This document shows positions 35,879 to 45,452 of a DNA stretch of 64,000 bases, piece after piece. The DNA comes from Prevotella sp. GTDB lineage: Bacteria; Bacteroidota; Bacteroidia; Bacteroidales; Bacteroidaceae. How positions within the stretch are numbered: the first letter of the stretch is position 1; each line of letters opens with the position of its first letter. The notes below the pieces were generated by a model. It worked only from the letters and a program-made list of their open reading frames with translations, searched no databases and had not been told where the DNA came from. The stretch lies in contig JBNMMB010000001.1 in the NCBI GenBank assembly GCA_050875105.1, positions 12,597 to 76,596 on the forward strand, written 5' to 3'. The position numbers were made by a program, and so were the translations under genes.

Positions 35879-37003
35879 CTATTGAGCCTCATCATCGGTG
35901 GGGAACTCCATGAGATAGGCCTTGATGAAGCCATCGATCTTGCCGTCCATCACGCCATCCACATCCGACGTCTGGTAACCTGTGCGGTGGTCCTTCACGC
36001 GGCGGTCGTCGAAGACATAGCTGCGGATCTGGCTGCCCCACTCGATCTTCTTCTTGCCGGCCTCGATCTTGGCCTGTTCCTCTTGCTTCTTCTTCAGCGC
36101 GCGGTCATAGAGTTGGCTCTTCAGGAGCTGCATGGCCTTGGCCCTGTTCTTCGGCTGGTCGCGCGTCTCGGTGTTCTCGATGAGGATTTCCTCTTTCTCT
36201 CCCGTGTCGGGATCCTCGTATTGGTAGCGCAGGCGAACGCCCGACTCCACCTTGTTCACGTTCTGTCCACCGGCGCCCGAGCTGCGGAAGGTGTCCCAGC
36301 TGACCTTGGCGGGATCGACATACACCTCGATGGTGTCGTCGACGAGGGGCGTGACGAAGACGCTGGCAAAACTTGTCATGCGCTTGCCCTGCGCGTTGTA
36401 GGGCGACACGCGCACAAGACGATGCACGCCATTCTCGCTCTTCAGGAAGCCATAAGCATACTCGCCACCCTCGATGGTCATGGTCATGCTCTTGATGCCG
36501 ACTTCTTCGCCAGGTTGCAGGTCGGTGATGGTCACCTTGTAGCCATGGCTCTCACACCAGCGCATGTACATTCTCATGAGCATCTGGGCCCAGTCCTGAG
36601 CCTCGGTGCCACCAGCGCCCGAGTTGATCTTCATCACAGCGTCCATGGAGTCTTCCTCCTGGCGGAGCATGTTCTTCAGTTCGAGCTCCTCAATGGCGTG
36701 GATGGCCTTGGCATAGTCGCTGTCGACCTCTTCCTCGGTCACCATGTCCTCCTTGTAGAAGTCGAAGGCCAACTGGAGCTCATCGGCAAACTGCCTCACC
36801 TCCTGATAGCCCTTCAGCCACTTCTCGATGCCCTTCACCTTCTTCATCTGTGCCTGGGCACGCTTGGGGTCCTCCCAGAAATCGGGAGCCTGAGTGCGAA
36901 GCTGTTCCTCTTCGAACTCCACTTTCTTTTGGTCGATATTGAGATAATGATGGAGCTTGTCGGCTCGGTCCATCACATCTTTCAATTGATCTGCTGTAAT
37001 CAT
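35879..37003 (-). CDS. prfB: peptide chain release factor 2 (single uninterrupted ORF)
   Basis: 374 aa containing the SPF tripeptide region and the GGQ motif (SSGAGGQNVNKVES). The N-terminal region reads HHYLNIDQKK with no internal UGA. Confidence 0.9.
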   Translation of the reverse strand: MITADQLKDVMDRADKLHHYLNIDQKKVEFEEEQLRTQAPDFWEDPKRAQAQMKKVKGIEKWLKGYQEVRQFADELQLAFDFYKEDMVTEEEVDSDYAKAIHAIEELELKNMLRQEEDSMDAVMKINSGAGGTEAQDWAQMLMRMYMRWCESHGYKVTITDLQPGEEVGIKSMTMTIEGGEYAYGFLKSENGVHRLVRVSPYNAQGKRMTSFASVFVTPLVDDTIEVYVDPAKVSWDTFRSSGAGGQNVNKVESGVRLRYQYEDPDTGEKEEILIENTETRDQPKNRAKAMQLLKSQLYDRALKKKQEEQAKIEAGKKKIEWGSQIRSYVFDDRRVKDHRTGYQTSDVDGVMDGKIDGFIKAYLMEFPTDDEAQ

Positions 37004-37064
37004 CTGTTGTTATTCTTGCTGTTTGGGGAGGGTCGCTGGAGGCCGTCGGGCCTGCCCGAACCTC

Positions 37065-38873
37065 TTAGTCCTGATACATCTTGTCTATGACGTCCTTGTA
37101 GTTCTTGTTGATGATGGGGCGCCGCATCTTCAACGTGTTGGTCAATTCGCCCGATTCCATCGAGAAATGATGGGGCAACAGGGTGAAGCGCTTGATCTGC
37201 TCGTAGCTGGCCAGCGACTGTTGGAGGGTGACGATGCGCTCCATCATCATCTCGTGCACCTGCGGGTCGGCGCAGAGGTCCTCGCGCGTCTCAAACTTGA
37301 TGTTGTGGTCGCGTGCCCACTCTTCCACCAAGCGGAACTCGGGGACGATGAGCGCGGAGACAAACTTGCGCTGGTCGGCGATGACCGCCACCTGGTCCAC
37401 ATACTTGTCGACCAAGAGCAACGACTCCACCATCTGCGGAGCCACATACTTGCCATTGCTGGTCTTGAAGAGGTCCTTGATGCGCTCGCGAAGATAGAGC
37501 TCGCCATCCTTCATGTATCCGGCGTCGCCCGTGTGGAAGAAGCCGTCCTTGTCGAAGGCTTGCGCGTTGACATCGTCGCGGTGGTAATAGCCACGAGTGA
37601 TGGTGGGGCCCTTGAGCAGGATCTCATCGTTGTCGCCAATCTTGATCTCCAGTCCGCTGATGGGCCGGCCCACCGATCCGATGGTATATTTCTCGCCCTT
37701 GTGGTCGCAGGTGACCGTGGCCAAGCTCTCCGTGAGACCATATCCCACGATCATCGATATGCCGATGGAATGGACAAATTGCTCCACCTCGGGCGAGACA
37801 TAGGCGCCTGCCGTCGGGAAGATGTTGGGATGCTCCAGTCCGAGTTGCTTGCGCACAAGGCTCAAGACCGTCCGGTTGACCACCTGATACTCCAAGGCGA
37901 GCGCCAAGGGAGGCCGCTTGCCGTTGGCGAGGTATTCGATATTGTATTTTCGTCCGATGCTCAGGGCGTGGTTGAAGAGCTTGCGCTGCACACCGCTGGC
38001 GTTGTCCATCTTGGCCTTGACAGCTTGATAGACCTTTTCCCAGAAGCGGGGCACGCTCGACATGCTCGTCGGATGTGTCTCCCGCATGGAGTCTTGTATC
38101 TCTTTCGGATAGGTGTTGATGATGAGTTGCGCGCCCTCGGAGAGGGCCAGGTAAGCCCATCCTCGCTCAAAGATATGGGTGAACGGCAAGAAGTCGATGA
38201 CCCTGTCGTTCTCGGTGAGGTTCACCACCTCGTCGTTGGCGGCCAGCGCGGCGTTGTATTGTCCGTAAGTCAGGATGACACCTTTGCTGTCGCCAGTGGT
38301 ACCGCTGGTGTAAAGAATGTTGCAAATGTCATCATCGTTGGCCTCGCTCCAACGCTTCTCTACTTCCGTCTGGCGCGGGAAGTCCTCTCCCAGTTTCAGG
38401 AAGTCATCAAAATAAAGGGCGTTGGGGTCGTGAGTGCTGATACGGACGCTGTTGTCGAAAATGATGATCCGCTCCAGCGAGTGGCAAAGGGGGAAGATGC
38501 GATGGGCCTTGTCATATTGTTCTTGCTCGCCCACAAAGAGGTATTTCACTTCCCCGTCATTGACCATGTATTGTATCTGGCGTTCCGAACTGGTGGCGTA
38601 AAAAGGAATGGAGATGGCTCGCACGCCATACGCACCGAAGTCGGTGTACAAATACTGGATACAGTTTTGCGCAAACACCGCAATCTTCTCCTGCGGCTTG
38701 ATGCCAAGGTTCAGCAAGGCGTTGCTCACCTGTTTCACCCGCATGGAGAACTGGTTCCATGACGTGGTTTTCCATTTCAGACTTCCAAAATCGCGGAACG
38801 TCAAGGCAGGGCGCGAGCCATACTTCTTAGCCTGCTCATGGATGAGCACAGAGAGATGACTTAAATTCTGCAT
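37065..38873 (-). CDS. fadD: long-chain-fatty-acid--CoA ligase (AMP-binding)
   Basis: 602 aa with the AMP-binding signature YTSGTTGDSKGV, plus GYGLTES and TGDAGYMKDGELYLRERIKDLFKTSNGKYVAPQ. Confidence 0.85.
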   Translation of the reverse strand: MQNLSHLSVLIHEQAKKYGSRPALTFRDFGSLKWKTTSWNQFSMRVKQVSNALLNLGIKPQEKIAVFAQNCIQYLYTDFGAYGVRAISIPFYATSSERQIQYMVNDGEVKYLFVGEQEQYDKAHRIFPLCHSLERIIIFDNSVRISTHDPNALYFDDFLKLGEDFPRQTEVEKRWSEANDDDICNILYTSGTTGDSKGVILTYGQYNAALAANDEVVNLTENDRVIDFLPFTHIFERGWAYLALSEGAQLIINTYPKEIQDSMRETHPTSMSSVPRFWEKVYQAVKAKMDNASGVQRKLFNHALSIGRKYNIEYLANGKRPPLALALEYQVVNRTVLSLVRKQLGLEHPNIFPTAGAYVSPEVEQFVHSIGISMIVGYGLTESLATVTCDHKGEKYTIGSVGRPISGLEIKIGDNDEILLKGPTITRGYYHRDDVNAQAFDKDGFFHTGDAGYMKDGELYLRERIKDLFKTSNGKYVAPQMVESLLLVDKYVDQVAVIADQRKFVSALIVPEFRLVEEWARDHNIKFETREDLCADPQVHEMMMERIVTLQQSLASYEQIKRFTLLPHHFSMESGELTNTLKMRRPIINKNYKDVIDKMYQD

Positions 38874-39075
38874 GATGCTTAGGCTTTTATTTTATCCGTC
38901 AAGGGTTTTGTTAAGCGCCTTCTTGTCACCCGTTTCCCTGGGACAGACCGTTTTCCACGACGGGATGGCCTCATCCTCGGCTGCTCGCAAGGGCCTTCGG
39001 TGTTCCTTCAGCAGGCTTGCGGCCTCCTGTTTGCGAGCGATCGGTTTTCAATCAGCGTGTAACCCTTATATCATG

Positions 39076-39083
39076 CAAAGGTA
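39076..39083 (-). promoter_or_regulatory. -7 promoter box (TACCTTTG on minus strand) about 200 nt upstream of the fadD-like ATG
   Basis: The plus strand reads CAAAGGTA. If used, it predicts a 5' leader of about 195 nt containing the GC-rich hairpin-dense segment 38900-39067. Confidence 0.4.
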
Positions 39084-39141
39084 AATAATATTCCTTAAAG
39101 TAAGAAATAATTAAGTGTTTTTTCTTAATTTTGCTGTCGTT

Positions 39142-40227
39142 ATGAAACACCAAGATTACGTGGGCGACGCTGTCGATCTGCTGTGCGCCCTGATAAGCAC
39201 CCCCAGTGTGAGCCGTTCGGAGGGCGATGCGGCCGACATCATGGAGCGACGGATGAAGAGTTATGGCTTTGCGCCCCGCCGCGAGGCCAACAACCTGTGG
39301 CTTGTGGCCGACGGCTTCGATGAGCGGAAGCCCACCTTGCTGCTCAACGCCCACATCGACACGGTGAAACCGTCGGCTTCGTGGACGCGCGACCCGTTTC
39401 ACCCGACCCTTGAGGGCGACGTGCTCTATGGCCTGGGCAGCAACGACTGCGGTGGCGGCCTGACCACGTTGTTACAGGTCTTCCGTTACCTGACCTTGCG
39501 CCCACAACCCTACAACCTCATCTACCTGGCCTCGGCCGAGGAGGAGGTGTCGGGCAAGGACGGCATCAGCCGTGCCCTGCCCTTGTTGCCGAAGATCGAC
39601 GTGGCCATCGTGGGTGAGCCCACGGGCATGCAACCGGCCGTGGCCGAGAAGGGACTGATGGTGCTCGACGTCATCGCCCACGGCAAGAGCGGACACGCGG
39701 CGCGCAACGAGGGTGTCAACGCCATCTATGAGGCGCTCGACGACATGCGCTGGATACGCGACTACCGCTTTGAGAAGGTGAGCCCGTTCCTGGGCCCGAC
39801 GAAGATGACGCTCACCGTGGTCCATGCGGGCACGCAACACAACGTCGTCCCCGACACGTGCCAGATGCTGGTGGACGTGCGGACCAACGAGTATTACACC
39901 AATGAGGAGGTGTATGACATCATCCGCAGCCATGTCAAGAGTGAGGTCAAGGCCCACTCCTTCCGCCTCCACTCCTCGCATATCGACACGCATCACCCGT
40001 TGGTGGCCCGCTGCATGGAACTGGGACTGACGCCCTATGGCTCCCCCACGCTGAGCGACCAGGCGCTCATGCCCTTCGCCTCGTTCAAGCTTGGCCCAGG
40101 CGAGTCATCGCGCAGCCACAGCGCCGATGAGTTCATCAAGATCAGCGAGATGCGGCACGCCTTCGACACCTACATCGCCCTGCTCGACGGCAAGGAGATT
40201 GCCATTGGCGCGACTGACGACGCATAA
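39142..40227 (+). CDS. M20-family deacylase (ArgE/DapE-like; candidate N-acyl-citrulline/ornithine deacylase)
   Basis: Trimmed to the ATG at 39142 (MKHQDYVGDAVDLL...), giving 361 aa. M20 metal-binding blocks are present (LLLNAHIDTV, SAEEEVSG, GHAA). Confidence 0.8.
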   Translation: MKHQDYVGDAVDLLCALISTPSVSRSEGDAADIMERRMKSYGFAPRREANNLWLVADGFDERKPTLLLNAHIDTVKPSASWTRDPFHPTLEGDVLYGLGSNDCGGGLTTLLQVFRYLTLRPQPYNLIYLASAEEEVSGKDGISRALPLLPKIDVAIVGEPTGMQPAVAEKGLMVLDVIAHGKSGHAARNEGVNAIYEALDDMRWIRDYRFEKVSPFLGPTKMTLTVVHAGTQHNVVPDTCQMLVDVRTNEYYTNEEVYDIIRSHVKSEVKAHSFRLHSSHIDTHHPLVARCMELGLTPYGSPTLSDQALMPFASFKLGPGESSRSHSADEFIKISEMRHAFDTYIALLDGKEIAIGATDDA

Positions 40228-40246
40228 CGGAGAAAAAGGAACTAAC

Positions 40247-40300
40247 AAAAAAGCTTTCCACCGAATCCCCGCATGGGAGTCGATGGAAAGCTTTTTTATT
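40247..40300. terminator. bidirectional terminator between the ArgE-like gene and the M23 peptidase gene
   Basis: A stem AAAAAGCTTTCCA (40248-40260) with TGGAAAGCTTTTT (40284-40296) is followed by TTATTTTT. It sits between convergent genes. Confidence 0.7.
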
Positions 40301-40314
40301 TTTAGGGCGGTTGC

Positions 40315-42135
40315 TTAACGGCCCAACCAGGCCTCCGGGTTCAACTTGGCCCGTTCCTTGCGCAACTGGAATTGCAGGATGTGGTCGGGACCGACGGTGC
40401 CCAGGATCTGTCGGGTGCTGACCTTCTGTCCGCGACTGACGCTGACCGACTTCAGGTTGCTGTACACCGAGATGTAAGCACCATGGCGCACCATGACCAC
40501 CATGCTTCCTCCGTATCCGATGACGGCACTCACCTCTCCGTCGTAGATGGCGCGAGCCTGACAACCCGCACCGCCCATGATGTTGATGCCCTTGTTGTCG
40601 AGTGTCACGCCCTTGAGGCCTTCGACCTGGTACTGTCCGAAGTGGCTCACAATCTTGTAGCCACCAGTGATGGGCATGGGCAGTCGCCCGCGGTTGGCCT
40701 CAAAGCCACTGTTCATCATGCGGTCGACGGTGGAGAACTTCAACATGTTATCCGAGTTCTCCTTCGCCTCGGCTATTTCCTCCTTGGCCCTTGCGGCATC
40801 GGCCTTCTGCTTGCGCTCGGCTGCCAGTCGTTGCGACTCCGCCTCGCGTGCCGCCTGTTCCGCCCTGGCCTTGTTGGCGGCCGCCTCGGCTGCCATGCGT
40901 TGTGCGGCGGCCTCCTTGTCAGCTGCCGCCCGGGCTGCCGCCTCGGCCTTGGCTGCTTGGTCGGCCAGTTCGCGTGCGGCCGCCTTCTGGCGTGCCCGCT
41001 CTTGGGCCAGTGCTTGCTCGCGTGCCTTCGCCTTGGCCGCCTCAGCCGCCTCGGCGCGTGCCTGGCGCGCAGCGGCTTCGGCCGCAGCGGCCTTGCGAGC
41101 CTCCTCTTTCAGTTTCTCCTCGCGCGCCTTGGCCTCGGCGATGCGGCGCGCGTTCTCCTGTGCTGCGCGCTCAGCCTCAGCCTTCTTGCGGGCGATCTCC
41201 GCCACCCGTCGCTTGGCGGCTTCCGCCGCAGCGGCCTTGCGCTTGGCCTCGGCAGCCGCACGCTCGCGCACCTTCTGCACCTCGATCTCGACCAACCGGT
41301 CGATCTGGGCGTTCAGCGCGGCGTCTTTCTTGTGTTGCTCGGCGATGATGGTCTGGATGGTCTTCTGTTGCTTTTGCAGTCCTTGCACGATCTGCTGTTG
41401 CTCGTTCTTGTTGCCCTCGAGCTTCATCTTCTCCTGGCGTCCCTGGTAGAGCAGGTTGCTCTTCTGTCCGCGCACATGCTCCAGTTGGGTGTTCTTGTTG
41501 GTCACCTGGTTTTGCTTGGCCCTGACGGTCTCGCCCTGTGCCCGCTGGTACTGGGCATACTCGCGCACGAAGCGCAAGCGGCGATACATCTGCGCAAAGT
41601 TCTTGGCCGAGAAGATAAACATCAGTCGGTCTTGCACCGAGCGGTGGCGGGCCATGTAGCGCATCGACTTCACGTATCGTGCCTGGCGCTCCTTGAGTTG
41701 GGCTTGCAGGGTGGCCAGCTGCGACTTCAAGATGCCGATGTTGCCCTCGATGTGCTTGATGTCGGTCTGGATGTTGTCGATGTTTTTCTGCCGTTGGTCG
41801 ATCTCACCGTTGATGGCCAACAGGTTCTTGAGCCTCTTGGCCACGTCTTCCTTGTTGGCCTTGAGCGCCTGTTCCTGTTCGCGGATCTTCTTTTGGATGG
41901 CTGCCCTTTGGCTTTGCAGTCCGCGGATGGACGCCGTGGAGTATCGGGCCGCATTGTCCTGTTTTCCTCGGTTGGCCGCCGCCTTCGTCTGCTTGCGTTG
42001 CGGGGCTTGCTTCGCCTGCTTGCGCTGCACCGTCGTGGTGTGCGTTTGCTTGCGGGCCTTACTGGAATTCTTGGTCTGCGCCCCTGCAACGGCCACCAGG
42101 CACAGGGTCATCATGATGCAAAAAAATCTTCTCAT
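40315..42135 (-). CDS. EnvC-like murein hydrolase activator / peptidase M23 with an expanded Ala/Glu/Lys/Arg coiled-coil
   Basis: 606 aa. A signal peptide and long coiled coils precede a ~170-aa A/E/K/R low-complexity block and a C-terminal M23 (LytM) domain (GINIMGGAG...VMVRHGAYISVYSNL). Confidence 0.85.
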   Translation of the reverse strand: MRRFFCIMMTLCLVAVAGAQTKNSSKARKQTHTTTVQRKQAKQAPQRKQTKAAANRGKQDNAARYSTASIRGLQSQRAAIQKKIREQEQALKANKEDVAKRLKNLLAINGEIDQRQKNIDNIQTDIKHIEGNIGILKSQLATLQAQLKERQARYVKSMRYMARHRSVQDRLMFIFSAKNFAQMYRRLRFVREYAQYQRAQGETVRAKQNQVTNKNTQLEHVRGQKSNLLYQGRQEKMKLEGNKNEQQQIVQGLQKQQKTIQTIIAEQHKKDAALNAQIDRLVEIEVQKVRERAAAEAKRKAAAAEAAKRRVAEIARKKAEAERAAQENARRIAEAKAREEKLKEEARKAAAAEAAARQARAEAAEAAKAKAREQALAQERARQKAAARELADQAAKAEAAARAAADKEAAAQRMAAEAAANKARAEQAAREAESQRLAAERKQKADAARAKEEIAEAKENSDNMLKFSTVDRMMNSGFEANRGRLPMPITGGYKIVSHFGQYQVEGLKGVTLDNKGINIMGGAGCQARAIYDGEVSAVIGYGGSMVVMVRHGAYISVYSNLKSVSVSRGQKVSTRQILGTVGPDHILQFQLRKERAKLNPEAWLGR

Positions 42136-42193
42136 CGTATCTATTATCTTGCGGCAACGATTACATCTTATAATGTGTTAGGTATGCGACTCA

Positions 42194-43078
42194 CTACTGC
42201 AGCAACTTGCCCAGGATGTCTGTGGCATCCATCTTCTTGTATTTGCTCGACAGCGTGGTGGTCTCCTCCCAGTCGTCGGCAGTCTTCAGCTCGTCCAGCG
42301 CCAATTTCACCGTTGCCTTGCGCGCCTGCTTGGTGGCGTTGGTGACAAAGGAGAACACCTGTGTGGCGGGGAAGGTCTTCACGCCCAGGGCCTTGAAGTC
42401 GGAATAGTTCCACGTCAGGGTCGACGCGCCTTGCGAGGCGCTGCTGTATGTCACCACGGCCTGTCCGATCCGTCCACTGTTGCGGTCGGCCTGCCAGGTG
42501 AACGACAGGTTGCCATTCTTGATGGTGACGGGCACATTTTGGCCGGTTCCATCGAGGTTGGCGGCAAACTTCGCCAGGTCGCCCTCGGTCACGCGTGTGG
42601 TGCCGGGCAACAGGAGTTGGTTCCAGAACAGGGCTTGCAGGGAATAGAAGTTCAGTCCGTTGCTGCGCAGGAAGTCGAGTTGGTTGTAGTCGCCCTTGAC
42701 ATACTGCTTGTGGAGCCTGTCGACGACCAACACATAGTCGGGCGTGAACTCCAGGCGTCCCACCTCCGTCCCGATGTAAGGGATGAAGAGTTGCAAGCGG
42801 ATGACCTTGTCGCGGCGCATGTGGAGCGATCCCGGCACGGTGACATTCTTGCCGTCCATGGTGGCCGTGAACGTGAGACTGCCGACAATGTTCTTGGCAT
42901 AGACCTTTTGGTCGCTGACCTTCTGGACAAATGCCAGTTGCTGTCCTGCGGCCTGCTTGCCCGTGGTTTGCGGCGTGGCAATGGTGCCACCGTCTTTCAC
43001 CAGCGACTTCTTGGCGCCACACGAGGCGAGCACCAGGGGCGCACACAGCGCCAATATCTTCACGATGGATGTTTTCAT
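42194..43078 (-). CDS. lipoprotein, DUF4292/LolB-like (tentative)
   Basis: 294 aa with a lipobox (LVLASC). It lies between a TPR protein and an M23 peptidase downstream of dut, a gene string I recall as conserved in Bacteroidales. Confidence 0.55.
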   Translation of the reverse strand: MKTSIVKILALCAPLVLASCGAKKSLVKDGGTIATPQTTGKQAAGQQLAFVQKVSDQKVYAKNIVGSLTFTATMDGKNVTVPGSLHMRRDKVIRLQLFIPYIGTEVGRLEFTPDYVLVVDRLHKQYVKGDYNQLDFLRSNGLNFYSLQALFWNQLLLPGTTRVTEGDLAKFAANLDGTGQNVPVTIKNGNLSFTWQADRNSGRIGQAVVTYSSASQGASTLTWNYSDFKALGVKTFPATQVFSFVTNATKQARKATVKLALDELKTADDWEETTTLSSKYKKMDATDILGKLLQ

Positions 43079-44847
43079 TTCTCTTTCCTGTATAAGTTCA
43101 TTTTACGTGTCAGGGCGTCCTTGTCGCCGCCCGCCTCGATGGCTTGCTGGAGGAAGTGGAGCGCCTGCTGCCTGTCTCCCACCTCATGGTAGATGTCGGC
43201 GGCATGCTCCAGCACGACGGCGCTGACGGCGCTGTCGGTGTCGTTCTTCAGTGTGGCGTCCATATAGATCTTGGCCTCGGCATAGCGCCCTTCCTTGTAG
43301 AGGATCCAGGCATAGGTGTCGAGGAAGGTGGCATTGCTGGGCTCGGCCTTCACGGCCTTGGCGCTCATCTCCTCGGCCCGCTTCAGGTCGCCGCCCTCCT
43401 CGGAGAGGAAGTAGGCGTAGTTGTTGAGCGTCATGGCATGGTCGGGCTTCCATTGCAGGCAACTGTCGAAGGCGGCGTAGGCCTTGTCTTTCTCGCCCTG
43501 CGTGTGATAGATCTCGCCCATGATGGCATAGAAGTCGCTGACGATGTCGGGGTTGCTCTTGTCGTTGATCTCGGCCGTGCCACGCTGGAAGGCGTCGAGG
43601 GCTCCCTTGTCGTCTTGCTGATAGTAGCGCGCCAGGCCGGTGAAGTAATAAAAGGCCATTTCATCGGGGTTGTAGAGCATGCCCGGCTCGGCCAGGGCGG
43701 CGACGGCTTTCCAGTCTTGTGAGGCCCATTTGTTCTGGATGAGTTGGAAACGGGCGGCCGCATTGTCGGGCGTGAGGCGCAGCACCTGTGCCAGCGCGGT
43801 GTCGACCTGTGCCTCTGGCATTTTCTTCGTTTGGTAATAGGCCGCACGCATCACGGCCAGCGACACGTCCTTGGGCACCGCCTGGCTCATGCGGTCCATG
43901 AGCTCGATGATGGCGGTGGAGTCGCCTCCCTTGCGCTCGTTCTCCATGATGGCCTGCTTGAGAAACTGCGCGCGACTGTCCTCGGGGGTGTTCTTGCCCA
44001 AGAGGATGCGCTCCATCATCTGGCGGGCCAGCGAGTCATTGCCCGATGAACGGTAATAATCATACATGGAACTCTGCGCATAGGTGTTGTCGGGGTTTTC
44101 CTTCAAGGCCTGCGCAAAGAGTTTGTAGGCTTCTTTCTGTCGCTTGTGCTGCATGAGCCAGTTGCCCAGCATCACGGAGAAGGTCTTGTCGTTGGGGTGC
44201 TTGTCGGCCAGGCGTTTCAGCGTCTGGTAGGCGTTGCGGTAGTCGCCCTTCATCTCATAGACGTTCATCTTGGCCATTTCAAACTGGTCGTCGGCTCCCT
44301 CGAGCTCTTCCATCTTGCCGATGGCATCGAGCATCTTGTCGTAGTTCTTCTGCTGTTGGTAGAGCTGCACGAGCACGTTGAGCACATCGCTTCGGTCGCG
44401 GTTGTTGGCAAAGAGCCGTTCATAGGCGTTGGTGGCCTTGGCGTAGTCGCCCATGCCGATGTAGAACTGGGCCACCTTCTCTTGGTAGATGCCGTTGCCG
44501 GGTCGCAACTCGGCGGCCTTCTCAAGGCTTTGCAGTGCCAGCGTGTCTTTTTTCAGCATCGACAGGAAGCGCGCCTTGAGGAAGTAAGCCTCCGCTGCCT
44601 TGGGGTTGATCTCCAGGCAGTGGCGCAACAGGTCGAAGGCGGCGGCATAATGGCCGGCCTCCTGCTGGCGCACCGCCTCGAGGAAGAAGTAGTCGTAGCG
44701 CCGGCTGTCGTTGTAGCTCAGCGTGTCGGCCTGGACGGCCACAGGTGCCGTCTTGGCTTTCTTCTTGCTGAGCGAGGGCATGGCGACGCCGCCCATCGCC
44801 ACTGCGGCGAGGGCCAGCAATGTGATATTTCTGAACCTTCTGTACAT
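43075..44847 (-). CDS. tetratricopeptide-repeat protein
   Basis: The track start at 44856 is TTG, so the gene was trimmed to the ATG at 44847 (MYRRFRNITLL...). It has a signal peptide and many TPR-like A/Y/L-periodic repeats. Confidence 0.8.
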   Translation of the reverse strand: MYRRFRNITLLALAAVAMGGVAMPSLSKKKAKTAPVAVQADTLSYNDSRRYDYFFLEAVRQQEAGHYAAAFDLLRHCLEINPKAAEAYFLKARFLSMLKKDTLALQSLEKAAELRPGNGIYQEKVAQFYIGMGDYAKATNAYERLFANNRDRSDVLNVLVQLYQQQKNYDKMLDAIGKMEELEGADDQFEMAKMNVYEMKGDYRNAYQTLKRLADKHPNDKTFSVMLGNWLMQHKRQKEAYKLFAQALKENPDNTYAQSSMYDYYRSSGNDSLARQMMERILLGKNTPEDSRAQFLKQAIMENERKGGDSTAIIELMDRMSQAVPKDVSLAVMRAAYYQTKKMPEAQVDTALAQVLRLTPDNAAARFQLIQNKWASQDWKAVAALAEPGMLYNPDEMAFYYFTGLARYYQQDDKGALDAFQRGTAEINDKSNPDIVSDFYAIMGEIYHTQGEKDKAYAAFDSCLQWKPDHAMTLNNYAYFLSEEGGDLKRAEEMSAKAVKAEPSNATFLDTYAWILYKEGRYAEAKIYMDATLKNDTDSAVSAVVLEHAADIYHEVGDRQQALHFLQQAIEAGGDKDALTRKMNLYRKEK

Positions 44848-44866
44848 TCGAGTCAAGCTCCTCTCA

Positions 44867-45304
44867 TCATTTCACGCCTGTATGTCCGTAGCCTCCTTCG
44901 CCACGCTCGGTCTCATCGAGCACGCTCACGGGTTCGAAGTCGACCTGCTCATAGCGTGCCACGACCATCTGGGCGATGCGCTCGCCGTCGCGAATGACGA
45001 AGTCTTCATTGGAGAAGTTGACCAGCAGCACCTTGAGCTCGCCGCGATAGTCGGCGTCGATCGTTCCCGGGGTGTTGAGCACCGTGACACCATACTTCAG
45101 CGCCAGGCCGCTGCGGGGGCGCACCTGTGCCTCGTATCCGTCGGGCAAGGCGATGTGCAGGCCCGTGGGCACCAGCACACGCTCCATGGGGTGCAAGACG
45201 ATGGGTTCCGACAGGTTGGCGCGGAGGTCGAGGCCGGCACTCTGGACGGTGGCATAGGCCGGCAGGGGCTGATGGCCCGTGTTGACTACTTTTATTTTCA
45301 GCAT
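44867..45304 (-). CDS. dut: dUTP diphosphatase
   Basis: 145 aa with dUTPase motifs ([29 protein letters not shown]). Confidence 0.9.
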   Translation of the reverse strand: MLKIKVVNTGHQPLPAYATVQSAGLDLRANLSEPIVLHPMERVLVPTGLHIALPDGYEAQVRPRSGLALKYGVTVLNTPGTIDADYRGELKVLLVNFSNEDFVIRDGERIAQMVVARYEQVDFEPVSVLDETERGEGGYGHTGVK

Positions 45305-45384
45305 AACAGTTGCAAAATTAATAAATTCCGCCCACTTATATACTTTTTAATTATTAAAAAGGCGAAAAATGAAGAAATAACAAG

Positions 45385-45392
45385 TAACTTTG
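45385..45392 (+). promoter_or_regulatory. -7 promoter box (TAACTTTG) for dgt
   Basis: Exact TAnnTTTG match 61 nt upstream of the ATG at 45453. Confidence 0.45.
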
Positions 45393-45452
45393 CCACAACA
45401 ATCCACACGGCCGTGAGAACCAGCCGACAGGGACAACGAAAAACATAACGAC

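Noticed and set aside
36900-36960. Programmed +1 frameshift site in prfB (CUU UGA C type).
   Set aside because: The RF2 ORF is continuous from its ATG. The equivalent region reads TAT CTC AAT ATC (Y-L-N-I) with no in-frame UGA, so this genome belongs to the minority that lacks the autoregulatory frameshift.
38872-39084. A 70-aa plus-strand ORF in the fadD/ArgE-like spacer.
   Set aside because: It has no promoter box or plausible ribosome-binding context, its sequence is Ser/Leu/Ala-rich with low complexity, and its ATG overlaps the fadD start on the other strand. The region is better explained as a structured non-coding leader.
40667-41449. Ala/Ser-rich (260 aa) and Pro/Arg-rich (185 aa, 40791-41348) plus-strand ORFs.
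   Set aside because: They are antisense or alternate-frame read-outs of the GC-rich A/E/K/R repeat of the M23 gene. They are pure low-complexity sequence with no start context or promoter.
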